64,000 bases of DNA. Origin: Octopus sinensis. Its lineage: Eukaryota. The translations under genes and the position numbers were made by a program. Positions 36,343-49,603 of the stretch are shown here, piece by piece. Position 1 is the first letter of the stretch. Every line of letters begins with the position of its first letter. The DNA lies in the NCBI RefSeq assembly GCF_006345805.1, contig NC_042999.1, forward strand, positions 163,246,001 through 163,310,000, written 5' to 3'. The notes under the pieces are model-generated. The model saw only the letters and a program-made list of their open reading frames with translations. It searched no databases and was not told where the DNA came from.

Positions 36343-36650
36343 GCATGGCTCAGTGGTTAGCATGTCAGGCTCACAATCCTGAGGTAGTGACTTCAATTCC
36401 CAGACCAGGCTGTGTGGTTGTGTTCTTGAGCAAGACACTTTATTTCATGTTATTCCAGTTCACTCAGCTGTAGAAATGAGTTGCAATGTCACTGGTACCA
36501 AGTTGTATCAGCCTTCGCTTTTCTCTTGGATAACTTTGGTGGCATGGAGAGGGAAGGCTGGTATGCTTGGGCAACTGCTCATCTTCCATAAACAACCTTG
36601 CCTGGACTTGTGCCTTGGAGGGGCAATCCTATGGTCATTGATGACTGATG
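36343..36650 (+). mobile_element. Old tRNA-derived SINE with a CORE-like segment
   Basis: TGGCTCAGTGG A box, degenerate B box (ACTTCAATTCCC) and TTGTGTTCTTGAGCAAGACACTT. Confidence 0.55.
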
Positions 36651-36720
36651 GGGGTATATATAAATATATAAATATAAATATATTTATATTTACAACAAGC
36701 ATAATAACAAGCATAATAAC

Positions 36721-39700
36721 GGTACAACAAGCATAATAACAGCAAATATCCAGGGTCTTTATCCGAAAACAAAACAGTGTAAAGTCCCTTTCTTGGAAGA
36801 ATTAGCAACAGAAAACAACTCCAAAATAATTGGAATTACTGAAAGTCATCTCAACGAAAACATCCGCAACAGCGATATCACAATCAATAGATTCAACATC
36901 TTCAGATGTGATAGACAAGGCAGATCCCATGGGGGCGTTATCATGTATATCCATGATACCTATGCAGGCATAGAACTTGTCAATGAATCAAATGCCTACT
37001 GCAACCTGCTGTGCATAAAAATCATCCAACTTAATACAGTTGTAACAATAATGTACAGACCGCCAAACAGCCCAACATTATCCTTCACTGAGCCACTGAC
37101 AAAGCTCCAACAAATTCTGGGAAACATGGCGAGTCCAATGCCAGACATTATCCTCCTTGGTGACTTCAACTTCCCTAACATCATCTGGCCACATGGACAC
37201 ATACTAAAACTGGGACAAAAGCTGAACAAATACAGGCAGCCAAACTGTTGGAAGTCACAGAGAAATTATACCTCAAACAAATGATGACAGAAGCAACAAG
37301 AAATAATAATACGATCGACTTGGTTTTCACCAACAACGAGGACACGCTATTTGACCTTCACTCAACCCCAACAATCCTTTCAGACCACAATATTATTGAA
37401 ATGCATTTACACACTGGTAATGAGCCCAATGCCACAACTCTTAAACAAAAGGACATGCCAAAGCTATGCAGGTATGATTATCACCAGGCAAATTGGGAAA
37501 CTATTAACAACCAGTTACAAATCATTGACTGGGATCTCTACCTTACTGGGCCAGATAAACACAAGAAATTTGTAGTGATGCTACTGTGTAGGGTTCAGCG
37601 CACATGCGCAGAATGGGGCTACTTCCGGGTGGCCACCGGAAGTCTTCCCCATGCGCATGTGCGGGAAACATTCCCTTACCCGCCAAAACTCAAATCTACC
37701 TCTCCGGCTCCACAGCTCATCGCGATTGGACGTACATTCAACAGGCTCTGACAACCTCACGACATAGCCGCCAACGACCACCAACAAACTTCAACAAACT
37801 AACAAGAAGCTGCACATCAGAGGTTGTCCTTTCTCCCATCAGACACACGTACGACGTCGCGATAAATAAACGAACTGCTGTCTTTTTACCTACAACCTGA
37901 CTTCGTCTGTATTGTCTTATAAATTGTATGTGACTAGATCGGATATCGACACCCTTTCAGTGAATCGATAACAGATCCTTCGTTTCAATTGGTGACCCCA
38001 AGCTGAAAAAAAAAGAACAGAACAGAAGGCGCAGCAAACAGGTTTTTGCCAGATAGAGCGCTGAACATTCATTTTTTCATCCAGTTTTTCTGCTAAGTCT
38101 GAACACGATCAACTCTACGCAGTCATCATCCTTCGACGATTTGTTTCCGGTCCCCTCAAACAGTTATAAAAGGAGCCTCTCTTATTTACAGCAATAATGA
38201 CGACACTAACATACACCACGGACGCCTTCATATCATCGATGCTTTTTCTCTGCCGTCGTCATCACCATCGTCGTCTTAGAACTTCACGTCGTCGTTATCT
38301 TCGTCACCAGCAACACTAAGCAACAATGTGTCTCAAGTCCATCACTGTCGCCTTCAACACCGTCGACCTCAACAAGATGTACATAGCAACTCGCGGAAGT
38401 TTAGCGTACATGCTGTTCGTGTATACACACCAGCATTAACAGCACAGTCTACCTGCGAGATCTTCTGTACCAATTTAACCTGTCACAGCATTGAAGCCAT
38501 GACCGCTACATGACATGTGTTCAACCGGCATCTGCATTTGTGATCTCAACATTCTGTTACAGAACGAACTGCTATTATGTATCATGCTGTTACAAACTGG
38601 TAAATTAACTCCATCTTGTCTGAAATAGCCCTGACAGACTTTTTCCTATGCGCTGTATTTTATTTTGTCCGCATTCACTTTGTTGTATTTCTGTCGCACA
38701 CACGTACACACACAAATGTTATCTCTGTCACATTCATACGTCATCCATGCCTTTCTCGCTTGTTTTTCCATGCTCAATTTGCCTTTGTGGACACAACTCA
38801 TCTCTGTAAGACCCTAGGTCGGTCACGTATACATAGAGAAAGTTGTTTGTCCATGATAACGCGCCAGCATGTCACACTTTTGTTCCTGCATGACCGAGGC
38901 ATATAATCGCTCAAGCACTGGCTGGCAGCCTCAGCCTTACTACATTAACCACTGGCATATTCATTGCTGTGTTTCAGTCTAGCAAGCCCTATTGCATTCA
39001 TGCACCTCTGTTCTGCACGTGTACTGCCTTGTTTTGCAACACGTCTGTGTCAGCTCAATTCTTTTCCCGACTCAAAGAACGTCGGATGTTCACATGCGCT
39101 GCGCCCATGTTTAGGCGTAATTTCCCCCTGTTAGACCCCTGTTGGTCACGTAATTAACAGAGAAAATTATCTGTCTCGCGCATCACTCCAGCATGCTTAC
39201 ACTGTCACCTTTGCTAACCTTACACTTTCAGCTGAAGCACTGTCTGCCTTTTGTGTTACTAGCGATCTATCTGCCAGTTCCATTTCCTCTCCTGCAGCAA
39301 TTGACTTAACTGCTATTTCGCAGGATCAACCACCTTTAGAGGAGTTGGATTTAACTTCGCCTAAGTTTATTAACTGTAAGTTTGCCTAGCTTCCGCTCCT
39401 TTCAGCGGACGGCTCTAGACTTTGTGATGTATCCACCGGTTCACCTAGACCATTAGTACCTGAGAAACATCAACGTTCTGTGTTTGATGCTCTTCATTCA
39501 CTGTCACATCCAGGTATCTCTGCCACAGTTCTTTTGGCCCAATATGCGACGATCGATTACCGCTTGGGCACGCTCTTGTTTGAAGTGCCAGAGTGCTAAG
39601 GTCCATGGACACGTTCGTGCTCCACTTGGACAGTTTTCTTCTCCTGAAGCCCGTTTTCGCCATGTCCACCTTGATTTGGTTGGACCATGGCCTGTGAGTA

Positions 39701-42559
39701 ATGGGTTCTCATATATATTTAACTTTATCGATCATTTCTCACGTTGGCCGGAAGCTATTCTTATTCACACATGCACCTTTGATTTTGCTCATTTTGAGTA
39801 TTTTTTTCTTTTTTTTCCTTTTGGTGAATTTCTTATGTATATTATAAATTCTGCCATTTTGTTATATTGTATGATATTATGTACCAAGTCTTCTGGGGGA
39901 TCGGCAAGCCTTCTGTTTTCTGCAGCACCACCACAAATTTTCTTGTTGTCGTACTTCGCACTCGAAGGGGAGCCTTGTAGTGATGCTACTGTGTAGGGTT
40001 CAGCGCGCATGCACAGAATGGACTACTTCCGGGTGGCCACCGGAAGTCTTCCCCATGCGCATGTGCGGGAAACGTTCCCTTACCCGCCAAAACTCAAATC
40101 TACCTCAACGGCTCCACAGCTCATCGCGATCGGACGTACATTCAACAGGCTCTGACAACCTCACGACATAGCCGCCAACGACCACCAACAAACTTCAACA
40201 AACTAACAAGAAGCTGCACATCAGAGGTTGTCCTTTCTCCCATCAGACACATGTACGACATCGCGATAAATAAACGAACTGCTGTCTTTTTACCTACAAC
40301 CTGACTTCGTCTGTATTGTCTTATAAATTGTATGTGACTAGATCGGATATCGACACCCTTTCAGTGAATCGATAACAGATCCTTCGTTACAAATTCTTAA
40401 ACAAGATCGAAGAAATATGTGCAAAAAATATTCCTCTTAAGAAAACCAAATCCACAAAAAAACCTGTACCACGGGAGCGAAAGATCCTGATGCGCAAAAG
40501 ATCAAGACTAAGAAACAAAACATCTAAGCTGACATCAAAACATGAATTACAGAAAGTCCTTGACCAAATATACAGATTAGAAGACAATCTAAAACAACAC
40601 TATGATGAAGAACGTAACAATGCAGAAAAGAGAGCCATAGAAAACATCAAGAAAAACCCAAAATGCTTCTACAGTTTTGCAAAGAAATACTCGAATACCA
40701 AGTCAACAATAGGACCTCTCCAGAGACAAAATGGGGATGTAGTGAATAACCCTATTGAAATGGCAGAAATGTTGGGTCAACAGTATGAAAGTGTCTTCAG
40801 TGAGCCATCTAAAACCACGAAGATCCATGACCCAGGAAAATCCTTCAAGGATATCGACCATACTAAACCTACCCTATCCGACATTGATTTCAACCCAGAA
40901 GACATAGAAAGAGCCATAGACAAGCTCTCCATGCACTCGGCTGCGGGGCCTGACGGTTTCAATGCCATGATACTTAAAAACTGCAAGGTACAATTGTTGA
41001 AACCCCTTTACATGATATGGAGGGAATCTATGGAGAATGGCAAAATACCAAATACATATAAAGAAGCACACATAACTCCAATACATAAAGGGGACAGCAA
41101 ATCAAAACCAAAGAACTACCGACCAATCTCACTGACATCACATATTATCAAGGTCTTCGAAAGAATAGTTCGTGGAAAACTGGTTGAGTTCCTGGAATCT
41201 AACAATCTGATGAATTGCAACCAGCATGGATTCAGGTTAGGTAGATCATGTCTTTCCCAACTACTGGCACACCATGACCAAATCCTAGAAAATCTAGAGA
41301 ATGGATACAACACAGATGTTATTTACCTCGACTTTGCCAAGGCATTTGACAAGGTAGATCATGGCATCCTGTGTCACAAACTTCGAAAGCTAGGAGTAGG
41401 AGGAAAAGTTGGTACAAATAGAACTCAAACAGTCACTGTGAATGGAACCCATTCAACACCATCACCTGTGACCAGCAGTGTTCCTCAGGGTACAGTACTC
41501 GGCCCAATCCTGTTTCTCATCCTCATCTCTGACATAGATGAAGATACAACCAGCAATGTCTCATCCTTTGCTGATGACACCAGGGTCATGAGACAAATCA
41601 AAGACGAGGTGGATACAGAGGCCTTACAAAAGGACCTGACCACCATATATAAATGGCAGAAAACAAACAACATGTTGTTCAATGATAAGAAGTTTGAACT
41701 AATTCGCTACGGAACAGATCAAGATCTGAAAAATACAACAAACTACAGAAACCCATCAGGACAACAAATAATGGAAAAACAGTATGTGAAAGATTTAGGC
41801 ATCCACATGGGAACCAACCTAAAATTCAGAGAACACCTTGACTCAGTCTGTCTTACTGCAAGAAAGTACAGCGGGTGGATCTTGCGCACCTTCAAATCAA
41901 GAGATACCTCAACAATGAAAACCCTCTGGAACGGTATGATACTTCCGAGGATTGACTACTGTTCTCAGTTGTGGTCACCAACAACAAAGGGCCAACTATC
42001 TAAGATGGAATCGCTCCTTAGAAATTTTACCTCATACTTCTCAGAAACGAGGGACCTGGACTATTGGCAAAGACTCAAAACCTTGAAGATGTACTCAATA
42101 GAAAGAAGATTTGAGCGATACCGAATTATATACATTTGGAAAATGATAGAGCAAAAGGTGCCAAACTTTGGTATCAAAACCTACTACTCACTGCGCCACG
42201 GAAGACGCTGCCAGCTACCACCAATCAACAAAAAGGCTGGCCAGGCAGCAAAAACCCTGCGAGAGTCAAGTCTGTTGGTTCGAGGAGCACAACTATTCAA
42301 CTCCATTCCGGTACATGTCAGAAATCTATCAGGATGCAGTGTGGAATCATTCAAATTGCAGCTGGATAGATACTTAAGCACCCATTAGAGATGAACCCCA
42401 TCTCCCAGGATATACACAATGAGCACAAACTGACTCAAACTCGCTCCTACACATGTCAAAAAAAATTAAACAGAGAATACAACCTGGCAACCACACCAGA
42501 CTCTGAGGGTGGAGTCTTTGACTTGGCCTGAGCATGGACTCAAACTCAAATGAAATGAA

Positions 42560-42560
<1 letters not shown>
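36721..42560 (+). mobile_element. CR1/L2-group LINE, copy 2 (5'-truncated at the endonuclease start, split by an LTR element)
   Basis: Highly similar to 3304-6331; interrupted at 37571-40391; ORF 40490-42388 carries the RT; (AAATG)n tail. Confidence 0.92.
37571..40391 (+). mobile_element. Non-autonomous CsRn1-type LTR element (2821 bp)
   Basis: LTRs at 37571-37987 and 39976-40391 (about 10 substitutions plus 1 indel), 4-bp TSD AATT, PBS TGGTGACCCC at 37990-37999 and PPT GAAGGGGAGCC. Only a decayed RNase H-end/integrase piece remains (about 39250-39770). Confidence 0.9.
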
Positions 42561-42652
<92 letters not shown>

Positions 42653-42654
<2 letters not shown>

Positions 42655-43070
42655 CGCAGGAGTGGCTGTGTGGTAAGTAGCTTACTAACCAACCACATGG
42701 TTCCGGGTTCAGTCCCACTGCGTGGCATCTTGGGCAAGTGTCTTCTGCTATAGCCCCGGGCCGACCAATGCCTTGTGAGTGGATTTGGTAAACGGAAACT
42801 GAAAGAAGCCTGTCGTATATATGTATATATATATGTGTGTATGTGTTTGTGTGTGTGTGTTTGTCCCCCTAGCATTGCTTGACAACCGATGCTGGTGTGT
42901 TTACGTCCCCGTCACTTAGCGGTTTGGCAAAAGAGTCCGATAGAACAAGTACTGGGCTTACAAAGAATAAGTCCCGGGGTCGATTTGCTCGACTAAAGGC
43001 GGAGCTCCAGCATGGCCGCAGTCAAATGACTGAAACAAGTAAAAGAGTAAAAGAGTAAAGAGTAAAGAGT
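42653..43070 (+). mobile_element. SINE family A
   Basis: Full-length, near consensus; follows the (TA)n tract after the LINE tail. Confidence 0.85.
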
Positions 43071-43077
43071 ATATATA

Positions 43078-44780
43078 TCATCATCATCATCGTTTAACGT
43101 CCGTTCTCCATGCTAGCATGGGTTGGATGGTTCAACCGGGGATCTGGGAAGCCAGAAGGCTGCACCAGGCTCCGGTCTTATCTGGCAATGTTTCTACAGC
43201 TGGATGCCCTTCCTAACGCCAACCACTCCGTGAGTGTAGTGGGTGCTTTTTACGTGCCACCTGCACTGGAGCCAGGCGAGGCTGGCATCGGCCACGGTCG
43301 GATTGGTGCATTTTACGTGCCACCTGCAAGGAAGCCAGTCGAGGTGGCACTGGCTTCGGCCACGATTCAGATGGTGCTTTTTACGTGCCACCGACATGGA
43401 AGCCAGTCGAGGCGGCGCTGGCATCGGCCACGATTCAGATAGTGCTTTTTACGTATCTCCAGTCCAGGGGTCCTGGCATCTGCCAGGTGCCAGTCATAGG
43501 ATTGTTTCAATTTCGATTCCGATTTCAATTTCACTTGCCCCAACAGGTTTTCGCAAGCAAAGGGGGGTAGGCATAGGTGCCTGTCGTCGGATGAGGTTCG
43601 ATATCGACTTCGCTTGCCTCAACAGGTCTTTGTGTGTCCAAGGGAGGAAAGGCATGCATAAGTGGGCTGGACTCACTTATCCTGCCTGGTCTTTTCACGC
43701 ACAGCATATTTCCAAAGGTCTCGGTCGCAGGTCATTTCCTCAGTGAGACCTAAAGTTTGAAGGTCGTGCTTCACCACCTCAGCCCAAGTTTTCCTGGGTC
43801 TACCTCTTCCATAGGTTCCCTCCACTGCTAGGGATTGGCACTTTTTCACACACCTATCTTCATCCATTCTCGCCACATGACCATACCAGCGCAATCATCT
43901 CTCTTGCACACCACAACTGATGCTCCTTAAGTCCAACATTTCTCTCAGGGTACTAACGCTCTGTCGAGCATGCACACTGATATTACACATCCATCGGAGC
44001 ATACTGGCTTCATTTCTCACGAGCTTACACATATCCTCAGCAGTCACGGCCCATGTTTCACTGCCATGTAGCATGGCTGTTCGTACACATGCATCATACA
44101 GTCTGCCTTTTACTCTGAGCGAGAGGCCTGTAGTCACCAGCAGAGGTAAGAGCTCCCTAAACTTTGCCCAGGCTATTCTTACTCTAGCCGTTACACTTTC
44201 ACCACACCCACCCCCACTACTGACTTGGTCACCAAGATAACGGAAGCTATCAACTACTTCTAGTTTTTTCCCCTGGAAAGTGACGGAAGTTGTTTTCTGC
44301 AGATTTTCAGAGGTTAATGCTCCCAAGCATCTGCCACATACAAAAACACATCTTCCCAGTTAGCCTTCCTTTGACATTGCTGCACCTCTTATGTGTCCAT
44401 AGCTTACACTGGGTACATCTTATAGAGTTTCTACCTACACCTTTTCTACAGATCGAGCAAGGCCACCTTCCTGAAGACATTAGTGGATTGTCTACCTTCC
44501 TACTTATTAGGACTTTGGTTTTAGCTAGGTTGACTCTAAGGCCCCTCGATTCTAGACCCTCCTTCCACACCTGGAACTTCTCCTCCAGTTCTGATAGTGA
44601 CTCAGCAATTATAGCAAGGTCGTCAGCATATAGGAGCTCCCAGGGGCAACCTGTCTTGAATTCCTCCGTAATTGCCTGGAGGACTATAATAAATAGGAGG
44701 GGGCTGAGTACTGAACCCTGGTGGACCCCAACCTCTACTTTGAATTCTTCTGTGTATATGTTGCCATAGGACAAGGTATC
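43078..44780 (-). mobile_element. 5'-truncated RTE-type LINE with 3' UTR and (GAT)n tail
   Basis: VGVHQGSVLSP, LLYADDL, FRYLGD, MLHGSETW, RWYGHVARM and GRPRKTW; the tail reads CATCATCAT on the plus strand at about 43078-43091. Confidence 0.88.
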
Positions 44781-45941
44781 TATATATATAAAACAAAGGC
44801 TGTCTGTATGTGTGTGTAATATGTATCCATTTCTACGGTTTACAACTGATTCTCTCCTTTTTCTCATTCCCTGTTTCTCTTGCTTACACACATACTCTCA
44901 CCCTCTGTAATAGTTCCTCTCTTTCAGTTTGTCTTCTTTCCTTCCTTCTTTCTCCCTCCCTCTTTCTTTCTTTTTTCTTCATCTCTCTTTCTTTCGTCCT
45001 CTTTCTTTTGTTCTTTCTTTCTCCCTCTTTCTTTGTTTCCTTCCTTCTATCCCTTCTTTGTTTCATTCCTTCTATCCCTTCTTTGTTTCCTTCCTTCTAT
45101 CCCTTCTTTCTTTCTTCCTCTTGCTTTCTTTCTTTCTCCCTCCCTCATCTTTCCTTCTTTCTGTTTGACTAAAGGCAGTGCTCCAGCATGGCCACAGTCA
45201 AATGACAAACAAATAAAAGAATAAAAAAACTATGCCATTTTAATCCCAAGCAATCTTTGCTTGTAAATAAAGGTCATTACATATTTTTCCTTTATTAGAA
45301 TAAATTTGGCTTACAGATGTTTCTAGTAGTCATTATAGGTATGTTACTGATAGGTTTACTCAATTGGTCTATTGATGAGTTGAGAGAAATTGAATGACCT
45401 GAAAGAATTAATGCTACTTTCATCAGAGCCATTTCTGGTTATAACAAAGCAGAACACTACAATAAATTGAAGAGAAGGAAGGTAAGAATAGAGAAAGGGG
45501 TCACTTAATAGATGCAGAAGTGGGGAGCAGATAAGATTTCCTAAATATCGGAAAAGGACAGTCATAAAACATTAATGTTAGTAATCAGGTCAACACACAT
45601 GAGCATATTTGCAGTGTTTTAGGTTAGAAATTCTTCAAATTTCATTTTTGGATTTGGTTTGCAAGATTCTTTATGTGCATTAGTGTGTTGAAGCATATTC
45701 TGCTGTGTCTGGGGAGAGTCATTCTCTTTCTGTACCTTATAATTTAACACACTCTCTGGTAAAATTTCCACTCATTTACTTATTTATTTTTCAAAAATTT
45801 CTGCTGCATCTTGCTACCTTTTCAATAGTTGTTGACTCTGTCCGTTATTTAAGCTGTGTTCTTTTTCTTTGTTTGTGTATATGTGTGGGGGTCAGTGTGT
45901 GTGCACATACACATGTATGTATGTATGTATGTATGTATGTG

Positions 45942-46490
45942 TTATTGGAATCTGATGCCGCCTGTATCTCATCAGCCTTCTTACTCCACCATGTATCCCT
46001 CATCTGAGAGAGCCTTTGCCTCACACGTGATTTTGATGTCCTTGAGTTCCCTATGCAACACTTCCCTTTCCTGTGACTTTGCTGACAAATAGTGTGACAA
46101 AGTATGTCTTTTATCAGACAATAAATCATCTATATGTTCATCATTTTCTTTGAACCAATCTTGATGCTTTCTTTGTATCAATCCCAGAACTTTTTTGCCT
46201 ATATCATAAACTAACTTTTTAAGCCTTGCTGAAGGCTTCCTTAAGAGATGCTTGCATCTCTCCTGACACATGGGAAGGCATAGCTATTGATCGTAGCAGG
46301 TGGAGAAGGATTGTGCATGAGGGGACAGCCACGTTTGAGAAATCTCAAGTTGCACATGAGAAAGTAAGGAGGGATGTCAGGAAGGGCATCGCTGTTACAC
46401 TTCCAGATTCTGACATGCAACGTCTGTGCAAGACTCTGCCTCAGTAAAGCTGGACTCATGAGTCATCTTTGTAGTCATAAAGCGAGACAG
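45942..46490. mobile_element. BovB-like RTE insertion with an internal inversion
   Basis: Minus-strand piece (QDWFKENDEHIDDLL...IQAASDSNN) joined head-to-head near 46222 to the plus-strand ORF end (LKASLRDACISPDTWEGIAIDRSRWR). Confidence 0.65.
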
Positions 46491-47324
46491 ATGAGTGACA
46501 ACCTGGCCACTGGTGGTGGTGTTACACACCATACTAATCATATCTGACGAGCATGTGGAAGAGAGTGTAATTCAGCAGGAGGACTTAAACAACATGCAAA
46601 GGTACATGAAGCCCAGTTACAACTACAGCCGGCTATTACCAGTAAAGGTTTTAATTGCCAATTTTGTACAAGACATTGTAGAACTTTAGCTGGGCTAAAA
46701 AGTCACATTCGATCACAGCACCAGTAACAGTAAAGTTTCGTGCAATGGCCATACTTGATAACGAAGGGGCAGCCATAATGTATGTATGTATGTATGTATG
46801 TATGTATGTATGCCTGCATGTAAGTGTGTGTATGCATGTATGTATATATATATAGATGTATATGTGTACGTTTGTATGTATGTATTCTGCATATTCATGT
46901 GTTTGGATGTTTGTGTTTGTGTGTTTTTATATGTGTGTGCTTGCGTGTGTGTGCGTGTGTTTGCATGTGTGTGTGTGCGTGCACCTCTGTCTCCTTGTGT
47001 GTGCATATCTGAGTGTGTGTGTATGGGTTTTTGTGACCATGTACTGTGTCTGTATGTATGGATGTGCATCTCCATATGTGTGGACGCGTGTCTCCTTATG
47101 TGTCCTTGTGTGAAGTGAAGTGTGTGTGTATATGGTCATGTGTTTCAGTCTTCATCTGCGTATGTGTGCTTGTCTGTTCTTATAACCTATGTAACTATCC
47201 GTCTGTATGTCTATCTTTTTACTTTCATATCCATATGCCTACATACATGTGAAAACACACACACACACATACACACACACACATCTATCTATATAAGAGC
47301 CCACTAACTATTCTACTTGTATAT

Positions 47325-47613
47325 TGTGGTGTTAGTGGTGTTATGGGCTGTGATGAGCTATGTGGTGTTGGTGGAGGGGATTGCAGATGAGGTGGACAGA
47401 AGTAAGGATTGCAGGGGCCGGTGACACAAGCAGAGGGCATGCGTGGGCAGGAAGCATGTGTGGTCAGTTCGAGCAGAGACGGCAGCGGGACAAGACATGT
47501 TTAATTCGTAAGAGTGACCGCTGATTTCACCGAGGTCAACAGGTAAGGCCCTTTTATATTTCTTTCTCCCGTTTGCTTCTTTTTCTGTTGTCCTTTTCCT
47601 CCATCACACTACA
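47325..47613 (+). mobile_element. Solo LTR related in architecture to the 19853-24057 gypsy
   Basis: TGTGGTGT start, ...CACTACA end, 5-bp TSD TATAT (47320-47324 and 47614-47618), 289 bp; GCATGCG, CAG/GTAAG and a terminal pyrimidine tract in the same order as in the 275-bp LTR. Confidence 0.78.
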
Positions 47614-47939
47614 TATATAGATATAAACTGTGTGTATATGTGTATGATTATCTACTACGTATATTTCCTATTTAGTACTGGGGATGTTTCATTTATGAGG
47701 ACATACTCCTGTATTTGTCTGAGTGTTGGGTCCTTTCGGTGCTTGGATAAAATGTGGATATCAAGTTGACCCAGGTTACCTCAATGTTGGTCCTTGGCAT
47801 GTTGGTAGAGTATGGAGGACTGTTTTTTATAAAGCATTAAAAGAGAATGACTCTCCCCATACACAACAGAATATTCTCCAAATGTTGTGTTGAAATTTCA
47901 TATAGGCCGTTTACACACATGGTCAACCTAAGTCTTTAA

Positions 47940-48160
47940 CCCTTTAGCATTTAGATTAATCTGTCAAATGTAAAGCCTGTTTAATTACATTATTTTAAAT
48001 TAATTGTACAGCATCTTGTAACTCTGAAATTTTGATGATGTCCCTGTTTATTTTTAGAATGACTTTGTAGGGTAGGTGTGAGAAGTCAGAGCTGGCTGGT
48101 TTTAAAAATAAAACAGGAAGACAATTTTGGCCTGATATGGCCGGTTTAAACACTAAAGGT
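47940..48160. mobile_element. Probable piggyBac-type MITE
   Basis: TTAA followed by CCCTTTAGCATTTA; degenerate right end TTTAAACACTAAAGG. Confidence 0.35.
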
Positions 48161-48663
48161 CATTGGAATGATCAAGCATATTAAGGGAATTGTATTAGAA
48201 AATGAATAATATATCAACAGTAATTATATTGTGATGTAGAAGTTGAGAAAGCTTCGATTAGCTAGGATATAAAATAGGATAATTTTGGGGCTGTGAGTTT
48301 GAAATGAGAATAAAGTCAAGTTAAGTCATTTAAAGTCACATAACATTGAAGGCCAGATATAATTTCAAATTAAACTCATTAAAAGTGTTTTAAAATTTAG
48401 ATTACAGATTAAAATTTGAACTAAAGTTAAGATTTATAAATTAAGCATTAAAGCAAACAAAATATTAAAAGAATTAAAATGGTGATGATGATGATGATGA
48501 TATCAATAACAATACCAATAATAATATTAATAAAATAACAATAAATAAATAAATAATAAAAAAAATAACAATAAAATAGTAATAAAAAATAAACAATAAA
48601 AAAAATATCTAAAAAACGAAAAATAAAAAAATAAAAAAAATTTAATGAAATAAAAAATACATT

Positions 48664-48696
<33 letters not shown>

Positions 48697-48698
<2 letters not shown>

Positions 48699-48986
48699 CA
48701 ATTGCAGCGTGGTAGATGTTTATAAGCCACTTAAGAAACACACAAAAACCGTTAGATTCACTTCAACATTTAAATTTAATTTGCCAAAATATTTTCCTCG
48801 CTTTGAGACCGCGACCTGTTCACTGACAAAACTTCGTGATGCATCACGAAGTTTTGTCAGTGAACAGGTCGCGGTCTCAAAGCGAGGAAAATATTTTGGC
48901 AAATTAAATTTAAATGTTGAAGTGAATCTAACGGTTTTTGTGTGTTTCTTAAGTGGCTTATAAACACCTTCCACGCTGCAATTGTT
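48697..48986. repeat. 290-bp spacerless palindrome
   Basis: 145-bp arms centred on GTGATG|CATCAC (48841/48842), with 2 mismatches near the outer end; the right arm continues to about 49045. Confidence 0.95.
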
Positions 48987-49603
48987 TTCATTCCAGCACA
49001 TAATCTCAGAACAAGTCACTTGCTATGCAAGTACATCTCCGTAATATATATATATATAAATTAGGTAATTCACATTTATCACTTAGGCATCATACTTATC
49101 CCAACATTTCTCACTATAGTGTTAAAGTTATCTAAGGAACATACTGAAGAATTTATTATAAAAATGCTTACAGCTTATCGCTAATTCCTATCTACAGTTA
49201 ATAAGGTTATTCTCTGATGTAAGTATTTGGAATGACACCTCTTGGCATAATTTACATCTACTTCTTCCTATTTTGTATGGTTTCGCTCAACTTAACATTG
49301 ACTGTTTTAGCTCATATTCTGTCTTTTCATCCCTAAGTTGCCACATTAGCTTGCTAAGTGATGTCCCGTTTTTCCTTATTTTTGTGTTTGAATGATGAGA
49401 TGTGATTGTAATAGCAGAGCTTAAATGTTGCTGTGCAACATCCTATGTAATTGCAAATTTTGTTTTGTGTTACTACAGTGCATTCATAGACTATGTTCCT
49501 TTCTAGACATGATCATTTAAAAGACATTCTCTACCTCCTCTACAGTTACAACTGGCCCTGTCCTTCCTCTTGTTACTACCTGTGCAGTTATTATCACTAT
49601 TAT

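Noticed and set aside
42653-42725. tRNA gene-like A and B boxes at SINE heads
   Set aside because: No complete cloverleaf; each continues into a repeated SINE body.
45315-45434. 120-nt open minus-strand segment with ccag acceptor and gtaagc donor, phase 1 at both ends
   Set aside because: Phase-compatible with the next DAW1 exon, but the peptide (MALMKVALILSGHSISLNSSIDQ...) does not resemble the expected WD40 repeat; no support without RNA data.
46713-47307. Cluster of ORFs rich in H/T/Y or C/V/M (also 2250-2659, 14117-14985, 25055-25381, 42374-42875 and 53491-55240)
   Set aside because: Translations of (CA)n, (TG)n and (TA)n microsatellites and SINEs.
48709-49019. Two ORFs with the same peptide on opposite strands
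   Set aside because: A direct consequence of the palindrome; not evidence of coding.
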